The notes under the pieces are model-generated. The model made no database searches. It saw nothing but the letters and a program-made list of their open reading frames with translations, and was not told the origin of the DNA. From Squalus acanthias (taxonomy: Eukaryota), in assembly GCA_030390025.1 (NCBI GenBank), contig JASTWF010000035.1:2046001-2110000 (forward strand): a DNA stretch of 64,000 nt. The letters are read 5' to 3'. Below are positions 53,405 through 64,000 of the stretch, one piece after another (the first letter of the stretch is position 1; the number at the start of each line of letters is the position of its first letter). The translations under genes were made by a program, and so were the position numbers.

Positions 53405-56400
53405 CCGTGCACCATACCACCCAAGACCTCCCTCACACAGCGACATACCATCCAACACCTCCCTCACACCACGACATACCATCCAACACCTCCCTCACAC
53501 AGCGACATACCACCCAACACCATCTCACACAGCGACATACCACACAACACCATCTCTCACACAGCGACATACCACCCAACACCATCTCTCACACAGCGAC
53601 ATACCATCCAACACCTCCACCACACAGCGACATACCACCCAACACCTCCCTCACACAGCGACATACCACCCAACACCATCTCACACAGCGACATACCACC
53701 CAACACCTCCCTCACACCACGACATACCACCCAACACCATCTCTCACACAGCGACATACCACCCAACACCATCTCTCACACAGCGACATAGCACCCAACA
53801 CCTCCCTCACACCACGACATACCATCCAACACATCCCTCACACCGCGACATACCATCCAACACCTCCCTCACACAGCAACATAGCACCCAACACCATCTC
53901 ACACAGCGACATACCACCCAACACCTCCCTCACACAGCGACATACCACCCAACAACTCCCTCACACAGCGACATACCACCCAACACCATCTCACACAGCG
54001 ACATACCACCCAACACCTCCTTCACACAGTGACATACCACCCAACACCATCTCACACAGCGACATACCACCCAACACCATCTCTCACAGCGACATAGCAC
54101 CCAACACCTCCCTCACACAGCGACATACCATCCAACACCATCTCACACAGTGACATACCACCCAACACCATCTCACACAGCGACATACCACCCAACACCA
54201 TCTCTCACACAGCGACATACCACCCAACACCATCTCTCACACAGCGACATAGCACCCAACACCTCCCTCACACCACGACATACCATCCAACACCTCCCTC
54301 ACACAGCGACATACCATCCAACACCTCCCTCACACAGCGACATACCATCCAACACCATCTCACACAGTGACATACCATCCAACACCTCCCTCACACAGCG
54401 ACATACCACCCAACACCTCCCTCACACAGCGACATACCACCCAACACCTCCCTCACACAGCGACATACCATCCAACACCTCCCTCACACAGCGACATACC
54501 ATCCAACACCTCCCTCACACAGCGACATACCATCCAACACCATCTCACACAGTGACATACCATCCAACACCTCCCTCACACAGTGACATACCATCCAACA
54601 CCTCCCTCACACAGCGACATACCTTCCAACACCATCTCACACAGCGACATACCACCCAACACCTCCCTCACACAGCGACATACCACCCAACACCTCCCTC
54701 ACACAGCGACATACCATCCAACACCATCTCACACAGCGACATACCACCCAACACCTCCCTCACACAGCGACATACCACCCAACACCTCCCTCACACAGCG
54801 ACATACCACCCAACACCATCTCACACAGCGACATACCATCCAACACCTCCCTCACACAGCGACATACCACCCAACACCTCCCTCACACAGCGACATACCA
54901 CCCAACACCTCCCTCACACAGCGACATACCACCCAACACCATCTCACACAGCGACATACCATCCAACACCTCCCTCACACAGCGACATACCATCCAACAC
55001 CTCCCTCACAGTGACATACCACCCAACACCTCCCTCACACAGTGACATACCATCCAACACCTCCCTCACACAGCGACATACCATCCAACACTTCCCTCAC
55101 ACAGCGACATACCATACAACACCATCTCACAGTGACATACCACCCAACACCTTCCTCACACAGTGACATACCATCCAACACCATCTCACACAGCGACATA
55201 CCACCCAACACCTCCCTCACACAGCGACATACCACCCAACACCATCTCACACAGCGACATACCTTCCAACACCATCTCACACAGCGACATACCACCCAAC
55301 ACCATCTCACACAGCGACATACCATCCAACACCTCCCTCACACAGCGACATACCACCCAACACCTCCCTCACACAGCAACATACCATCCAACACCATCTC
55401 ACACAGCGACATACGATCCAACACCATCTCACACAGCAACATACCACCCAACACCTCCCTCACACAGCGACATACCATCCAACACCATCTCACACAGCGA
55501 CATACCACCCAACACCATCTCACACAGCGACATACCACCCAACACCATCTCACACAGTGACATACCACCCAACACCATCTCACACAGCGACATACCACCC
55601 AACACCATCTCACACAGCGACATACCACCCAACACCTCCCTCACACAGCAACATACCATCCAACACCATCTCACACAGCGACATACCATCCAACACCATC
55701 TCACACAGCGACATACCATCCAACACCATCTCACACAGTGACATACCATCCAACACCTCCCTCACACAGCGACATACCACCCAACACCTCCCTCACACAG
55801 CGACATACCACCCAACACCATCTCACACATCGACATACCATCCAACACCATCTCACACAGCGACATACCATCCAACACCATCTCACACATCGACATACCA
55901 TCCAACACCATCTCACACAGCGACATACCATCCAACACCATCTCACACATCGACATACCACCCAACACCATCTCACACAGCGACATACCATCCAACACCA
56001 TCTCACACAGCGACATACCACCCAACACCATCTCACACAGTGACATACCATCCAACACCTCCCTCACACAGCGACATACCATCCAACACCATCTCACACA
56101 GCGACATACCATCCAACACCTCCCTCACACAGCGACGCACCATCCAACACCATCTCACACAGCGACATACCACCCAACACCATCTCACACAGCGACATAC
56201 CACCCAACACCATCTCACACATCGACATACCATCCAACACCTCCCTCACACAGCGACATACCACCCAACACCATCTCACACAGCGACATACCACCCAACA
56301 CCTCCCTCACACAGCGACATACCACCCAACACCATCTCACACATCGACATACCATCCAACACCATCTCACACAGCGACATACCACCCAACACCATCTCAC

Positions 56401-59400
56401 ACAGCGACATACCACCCAACACCATCTCACACAGCGACATACCACGCAATACCATCTCACATAGCAACATACCATCCAACACCATCTCACACAGCGACAT
56501 ACCATCCAACACCTCCCTCACACAGCGACAGACCATCCAACACGATGACACACAGCGACATACCATCCAACACCTCCCTCACACAGTGATAGACCATCCA
56601 ACACCATCTCACACAGCAACATACCATCCAACACCTCCCTCACACAGCGACATACCATCCAACACCTCCCTCACACAGCGACATACCACCCAACACCATC
56701 TCACACAGCAACATACCATCCAACACCTCCCTCACACAGCGACATACCATCCAACACCTCCCTCACACAGCGACATACCACCAACACCTCCCTCACACAG
56801 CAACATACCATCCAACACCTCCCTCACACAGCGACATACCATCCAACCACCTCCCTCACACAGCGACATACCATCCAACACCATCTCACACAGCGACATA
56901 CCACCCAACACCATCTCACACAGCGACATACCACCCAACACCATCTCACACAGCGACATACCATCCAACACCTCCTCACACAGCGACATACCATCCAACA
57001 CCATCTCACACAGCGACATACCACCCAACACCATCTCACACAGCGACATACCATCCAACACCATCTCACACAGCGACATACCATCCAACACCTCTCACAC
57101 AGCGACATACCATCCAACACCATCTCACACAGCGACATACCATCCAACACCTCCCTCACACAGCGACATACCATCCAACACATCTCACACAGCGACATAC
57201 CATCCAACACCTCCCTCACACAGCGACATACCACCCAACACCATCTCACACAGCGACATACCACCCAACACCTCCCTCACACAGCAACATACCACCCAAC
57301 ACCTCCCTCACACAGCGACATACCATCCAACACCATCTCACACAGCGACATACCACCCAACACCTCCCTCACACAGCGACATACCACCCAACACCATCTC
57401 ACACAGCGACATACCACCCAACACCATCTCACACAGCGACATACCATCCAACACCTCCCTCACACAGCGACATACCACCCAACACCATCTCACACAGTGA
57501 CATACCATCCAACACCTCCCTCACACAGCGACATACCATCCAACACCGACCTCACACAGCGACATACCATCCAACACCATCTCACACAGCGACATACCAT
57601 CCAACACCTCCCTCACACAGCGACATACCACCCAACACCATCTCACACAGCGACATACCACCCAACACCATCTCACACAGCGACATACCACCCAACACCA
57701 TCTCACACAGCGACATACCATCCAACACCTCCCTCACACAGCGACATACCATCCAACACCTCCCTCACACAGCGACATACCATCCAACACTTCCCTCACA
57801 CAGCGACATACCACCCAACACCATCTCACACAGCGACATACCATCCAACACCATCTCACACAGCGACATACCATTCAACACCATCTCACACAGCGACATA
57901 CCACCCAACACCTCCCTCACACAGCGACATACCATCCAACACCATCTCACACAGCGACATACCATCCAACACCATCTCACACAGCAACATACCACCCAAC
58001 ACCTCCCTCACACAGCGACATACCATCCAACACCTCCCTCACACAGCGACATACCATCCAACACCATCTCACACAGCGACATACCATCCAACACCATCTC
58101 ACACAGCGACATACCACCCAACACCATCTCACACAGCGACATACCATCCAACACCATCTCACACAGCAACATACCACCCAACACCTCCCTCACACAGCGA
58201 CATACCACCCAACACCTCCCTCACACAGCGACATACCATCCAACACCTCCCTCACACAGCGACATACCATCCAACACCATCTCACACAGCGACATACCAC
58301 CCAACACCATCTCACACAGCAACATACCATCCAACACCATCTCACACAGCAACATACCATCCAAAACCTCCCTCACACAGTGACATACCATCCAACACCA
58401 TCTCACACAGCGACATACCATCCAACACCTCCCTCACACAGTGACATACCATCCAACACCTCCCTCACACAGCGACATACCATCCAACACCTCCCTCACA
58501 CAGCGACATACCATCCAACACCATCTCACACAGCAACATACCACCCAACACCATCTCACACAGCAACATACCATCCAACACCTCCCTCACACAGCGACAT
58601 ACCATCCAACACCTCCTTCACACAGCGACATACCATCCAACACCATCTCACACAGCAACATACCATCCAACACCTCCCTCACACAGCGACATACCATCCA
58701 ACACCTCATTCACACAGCGACATAACATCCAACACCTCCCTCACACAGCGACATACCATCCAACACCTCCCTCACACAGCGACATACCATCCAACACCAT
58801 CTCACACAGCGACATACCATCCAACACCATCTCACACAGCAACATACCATCCAACATCTCCCTCACACAGCGGCATACCATCCAACACCTCCCTCACACA
58901 GCGACATACCATCCAACACCTCCCTCACACAGCGACATACCATCCAACACCTCCCTCACACAGCAACATACCACCCAACACCATCTCACACAGCGACATA
59001 CCATCCAACACCATCTCACACAGCAACATACCATCCAACACCTCCCTCACACAGCGGCATACCATCCAACACCTCCCTCACACAGCGGCATACCATCCAA
59101 CACCTCCCTCACACAGCGACATACCATCCAACACCTCCCTCACACAGCGACATACCATCCAACACCTCCCTCACACAGCGACATACCATCCAACACCTCC
59201 CTCACACAGCGGCATACCATCCAACACCTCCCTCACACAGCGACATACCATCCAACACCATCTCACACAGCGACATACCATCCAACACCTCCCTCACACA
59301 GCGACATACCATCCAACACCATCTCACACAGCGACATACCACCCAACACCATCTCACACAGCGACATACCATCCAACACCTCCCTCACACAGCGACATAC

Positions 59401-61238
59401 CATCCAACACCTCCCTCACACAGCGACATACCATCCAACACCATCTCACACAGCGACATACCATCCAACACCATCTCACACAGTGACATACCATCCAACA
59501 CCATCTCACACAGCGACATACCATCCAACACCTCCCTCACACAGCGACATACCATCCAACACCATCTCACACAGCGACATACCATCCAACACCTCCCTCA
59601 CACAGCGACATACCATCCAACACCATCTCACACAGCGACATACCATCCAACACCTCCCTCACACAGCGACATACCACCCAACACCATCTCACACAGCGAC
59701 ATACCATCCAACACCATCTCACACAGCGACATACCATCCAACACCTCCCTCACACAGCGACATACCACCCAACACCTCCCTCACACAGCGACATACCATC
59801 CAACACCATCTCACACAGCGACATACCACCCAACACCTCCCTCACACAGCGACATACCATCCAACACCATCTCACACAGCGACATACCACCCAACACCAT
59901 CTCACACAGCGACATACCATCCAACACCATCTCACACAGCGACATACCATCCAACACCTCCCTCACACAGTGACATACCATCCAACACCATCTCACACAG
60001 CGACATACCACCCAACACCATCTCACACAGCGACATACCATCCAACACCATCTCACACAGCGACATACCATCCAACACCATCTCACACAGCGACATACCA
60101 TCCAACACCTCCCTCACACAGCGACATACCATCCAACACCTCCCTCACACAGCGACATACCATCCAACACCTCCCTCACACAGCGACATACCATCCAACA
60201 CCTCCCTCACACAGCGACATACCATCCAACACCATCTCACACAGCGACATACCACCCAACACCATCTCACACAGCGACATACCATCCAACACCATCTCAC
60301 ACAGCAACATACCATCCAACACCATCTCACACAGTGACATACCATCCAACACCATCTCACACAGCGACATACCACCCAACACCATCTCACACAGCGACAT
60401 ACCATCCAACACCATCTCACACAGCGACATACCACCCAACACCATCTCACACAGTGACATACCATCCAACACCTCCCTCACACAGCGACATACCACCCAA
60501 CACCATCTCACACAGCGACATACCATCCAACACCTCCCTCACACAGCGACATACCATCCAACACCTCCCTCACACAGCAACATACCACCCAACACCTCCC
60601 TCACACAGCAACATACCACCCAACACCTCCCTCACACAGCGACATACCACCCAACACCTCCCTCACACAGCGACATACCACCCAACACCTCCCTCACACA
60701 GTGACATACCATCCAACACCTCCCTCACACAGTGACATTCCACCCAACACCTCCCTCACAGAGCGACATACCACCCAACACCTCCCTCACACAGTGACAT
60801 ACCATCCAACACCTCCCTCACACAGCGACATACCATCCAACACCATCTCACACAGCGACATACCATCCAACACCATCTCACACAGCGACATACCATCCAA
60901 CACCTCCCTCACACAGCGACATACCATCCAACACCATCTCACACAGCGACATACCATCCAACACCTCCCTCACACAGCGACATACCATCCAACACCTCCC
61001 TCACACAGCGACATACCATCCAACACCATCTCACACAGCGACATACCATCCAACACCTCCCTCACACAGCGACATACCACCCAACACCATCTCACACAGC
61101 GACATACCACCCAACACCTCCCTCACACAGCGACATACCACCCAACACCATCTCACACAGCGACATACCATCCAACACCTTCCTCACACAGCGACATACC
61201 ATCCAACACCTCCCTCACACAGCGACATACCACCCAAC
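53405..61238. repeat. Satellite 2, right block
   Basis: Roughly 255 tandem 30/31-bp monomers. Confidence 0.97.
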
Positions 61239-62144
61239 ATGTGGGAAATCATGGACGCTTCCTGTGTCCCTGACAACCATGTGTGCGGGAAGTGTGTCCA
61301 GCTGCAGCTCATGTGGGACCGCATGACGGCCCTTGAGCTGCGGATGGACTCACTTTGGAGCATCCACGATTCTGAGAGGGTTGTGAATAGCACATTTAGT
61401 GAGTTGGTCACACCGCAGGTTAAGGCCAGAGTAGATAGTACATGGGTGACCAAAAGGCAGAGCAAGGGCAGGAAGGTAGTGCAGGAATCCCCTGGGGTTG
61501 TCTCCCTCAGCAACAGGTTCACCGCCTTAGGTGCTGTTGTCGGGGGGGATGACTCATCGGGGGAAGGCACCAGCAGCCAGGCTCATGGCACCATGACTGG
61601 CTCTGTTGCAAAGAAGGGAGGGAAAAAGAGTGGCAGGGCTATAGTAATAGGGGATTCGATTGTAAGGGGAATAGATAGGAGTTTCTGTGGTCGCGACCGA
61701 GACTCCAGGATGGTAATTTGCCTCCCTGGTGCAAGGGTCAAGGATGTCTCGGCGCGGGTGCAGAACATTCTGGAGGGGGAGGGGGAACAGCCAGTTGTCG
61801 TGATACATGTTGGTACCAACGACGTAGCTAAAAAAAGGGAAGAGGTCCTACAAGTAGAATTTAGGGAGTTAGGAGCCAAGCTAAAAAGTAGGACCTCGAA
61901 GGTAGTAATCTCTGGATTACTACCAGTGCCACGTGCTAGTAAGAGTACAGAGAACAGGATAGTTAGGCTAAATACGTGGCTTGAGCAGTGGTGTAAGAGG
62001 GAGGGTTTTAAATTTTTGAGGCATTGGGACCAGTTTTGTGGTAGGTGTGACCTATACAAAAGGGACGGTCTACACCTGTGCAAAGATGGAACTGAGGTTC
62101 TCGGGGTAAATTTTGATAAAGCAGTTCGGGAGCATTTAAACTAG
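61239..62144 (+). CDS. CR1 ORF1 protein (zipper plus SGNH esterase), lacking the first CxxC
   Basis: 301 aa; GDSIVRG, PGA, GTND and DGLH catalytic blocks intact. Confidence 0.88.
   Translation: MWEIMDASCVPDNHVCGKCVQLQLMWDRMTALELRMDSLWSIHDSERVVNSTFSELVTPQVKARVDSTWVTKRQSKGRKVVQESPGVVSLSNRFTALGAVVGGDDSSGEGTSSQAHGTMTGSVAKKGGKKSGRAIVIGDSIVRGIDRSFCGRDRDSRMVICLPGARVKDVSARVQNILEGEGEQPVVVIHVGTNDVAKKREEVLQVEFRELGAKLKSRTSKVVISGLLPVPRASKSTENRIVRLNTWLEQWCKREGFKFLRHWDQFCGRCDLYKRDGLHLCKDGTEVLGVNFDKAVREHLN
62135..62141 (+). promoter_or_regulatory. Candidate -1 frameshift heptamer T_TTA_AAC
   Basis: CAT TTA AAC TAG; lies in the 22-nt window between the ORF2-frame stop (62117-62119) and the ORF1 stop (62142-62144). 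Confidence 0.65.
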
Positions 62145-64000
62145 TATGGCAGGGGGCTAGAAACCCATGTAGTGAAATAGAGGAAAGTGAAAGGCAGACA
62201 GAAATAAATGGTAAAAAGGAGAGGAACAAAAAACAAAGGGCCAAACTAATTCATAAAAAATGTGAGCATAAAAAAAGCCTGAGGGTTTTATACCTTAATG
62301 CGAGAAGCATCAGGAACAAGGTAGATGAATTAGCTGTGGAAATAGAGGTTAATAATTATGATCTAATTGGGATTACGGAAACATGGTTGCAGGGTGAGCA
62401 GGGCTGGGAGCTTAACATACAGGGGTATTCAGTATTTAGGAAGGATCGACAAAAAAGAAAGGGAGGAGGGGTAGCATTGCTGGTAAAAGAGGGGATAAAT
62501 GCAATTGAAAGGAAGGATATTAACTCAGTTAATACAGAATCTATATGGGTGGAGCTAAGAAATAGCGAGGGGCGAAAAACATTAATAGGAGTGGTATATA
62601 GGCCTCCAAATAGTAAAATAGAGGTTGGGGAGGGCATCACGAGGGAAATTAGAGAAGCGTGCAATAAGAGCACAGCTGTCATCATAGGTGACTTTAACTT
62701 ACATATAGATTGGACTAGCCTAATCAGTAAAAATAATGAGGAGGAGGAATTCCTTGAGTGTTTAAGGGATGGTTATCTGGATCAATATGTCGAGGAACCA
62801 ACTCGGGAACAGGCTATATTGGACTGGGTACTGTGCAATGAGAAGGGACTAATTAGTAATCTTGTTGTACGGGGACCCTTGGGTCAGAGCGATCATAACA
62901 TGATCGATTTCTCACTCGAAATGGAGAGCGAAGAAATTGACTCAGAGACTCAGGTCCTGAATTTAAACAAGGGGAATTATGATGCCATTAGACGGGAACT
63001 GAGTAGGTCTGATTGGACAACGTTCCTGGGAGGACTGGAGGTAGATAAACAATGGCAAGCATTTAAAGATAGAATGACAAAATTGCAAAAATTGTTTATA
63101 CCAATCTGGCATAAAAGGAAATCTAAAAAGGTGACTCAACCGTGGATAACAGGGGAAATTAGAGACAGCATAAAATCCAAAGATAGGGCGTATAAAATAG
63201 CCAAAAAACGCGCCAGAGCGGAAGATTGGGAACAGTTTAAGATAGAGCAAAGGAGGGCAAAGGGCTTAATCAAGAAGGGCAAAATAGCTTACGAAAGCAA
63301 GCTGGCGGAAAATATAAAAACTAACTCCAAAAGCTTTTATAAGTATATCAAGAGGAAAAGACTGGTGAAAACCAAAGTTGGTCCATTGCAGTCAGATACG
63401 GGGGAATATATAATGGGAAATAAGGAAATGGCAGACCAACTAAATGCATACTTTGGGTCAGTCTTTACGAAGGAAGACACAAAAAACCTCCCTGGGATAT
63501 CGGGAAAAATAGGGACATTGGCAAAGGAGGAACTGACGCAAATCAATATCTCTAAGGATATGGTGTTAAGGAAGCTAAAGGGATTGAAGGCGGACAAATC
63601 CCCAGGGCCTGATAACATGCATCCTAGGGTACTGAAGGAGGTGGCCCTAGAGATAGCGGATGCACTAAGCATGATTTTTCAGAATTCATTAGACTCGGGA
63701 ACAGTGCCCATGGATTGGAGGGTAGCTAACGTAACCCCACTATTCAAAAAGGGGGGTAGGGAAAAAGCAGGTAATTACAGACCTGTAAGCCTTACATCAG
63801 TTGTGGGCAAAATGCTGGAGTCCATCATTAAGGATGAAATAGCCGAGCACTTAGCAAATGGGGACAGGATAGGACAGAGTCAACATGGACTTACAAAGGG
63901 TAAATCGTGCTTGACTAATCTATTGGAATTTTTTGAGGGAGTAACTGGTAAAATAGATGGGGGAGAGCCAGTAGATGTGGTGTACCTGGACTTCCAAAAG
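62135..64000 (+). CDS. CR1 ORF2 (EN plus RT N-terminus), partial, no upstream AUG
   Basis: Frame open from 62120 with YLNARS, TETW, YRPP, GDFN, SDH, KSPGPD, NYRPVSL and YLDFQK; first in-frame ATG at 62900. Confidence 0.85.

Larger units (their letters stand above)
61238..64000 (+). mobile_element. Young CR1 LINE, slightly 5'-truncated, runs off the window
   Basis: Uninterrupted ORF1 and apparently uninterrupted ORF2. Confidence 0.95.

Noticed and set aside
40407..61238. CRISPR-like array of ~30-bp repeats
   Set aside because: Repeats are head-to-tail with no unique spacers, there are no cas genes, and the context is vertebrate.
46763..61273. Long His/Thr/Pro-rich ORFs (up to 647 aa) and antisense Val/Gly/Cys/Trp ORFs
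   Set aside because: These are translations of a stop-poor satellite; frames shift with each 31-bp monomer, so there is no frame preservation.
62146..62160. ATG just after the ORF1 stop as a re-initiation codon for ORF2
   Set aside because: It is out of the ORF2 frame, hits TAG after four codons, and is absent from the 1, 15 and 52 kb junctions.

Overview
This is eukaryotic, vertebrate-type DNA that is almost entirely repetitive. The repeat families look chondrichthyan (shark-like), which is an inference. No intact host gene is recognisable. The window holds about 12 CR1-clade LINE copies (ORF1 with a Cys-finger/zipper and SGNH esterase; ORF2 with APE endonuclease and RT), two RTE-clade LINEs, L2-type and other LINE tails, and a tRNA-derived SINE. 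It also holds a decayed two-gene PIF/Harbinger transposon stretched to ~17 kb (~12.6-29.4 kb) by insertions nested up to four deep, two Harbinger-type MITEs, a solo-LTR-like element, Penelope-like fragments (one with a hammerhead-like core), and a ~21-kb C-rich 30/31-bp satellite region made of two related monomer families. The strongest novel-looking signal is at the CR1 ORF1/ORF2 junction. All five well-preserved junctions end ORF1 in a phased T_TTA_AAY slippery heptamer just before the stop. In the three least-decayed copies the -1 frame from that site is ORF2, and in the intact 61-64 kb copy that frame has no AUG until after the whole endonuclease domain. This points to -1 programmed ribosomal frameshifting in a LINE. 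Also notable: ORF1 module swapping between CR1 lineages, a duplicated A>G-shifted CR1 3' hairpin, a 47-bp fold-back at an RTE 5' end, and tentative minus-strand exons in the few unique stretches.
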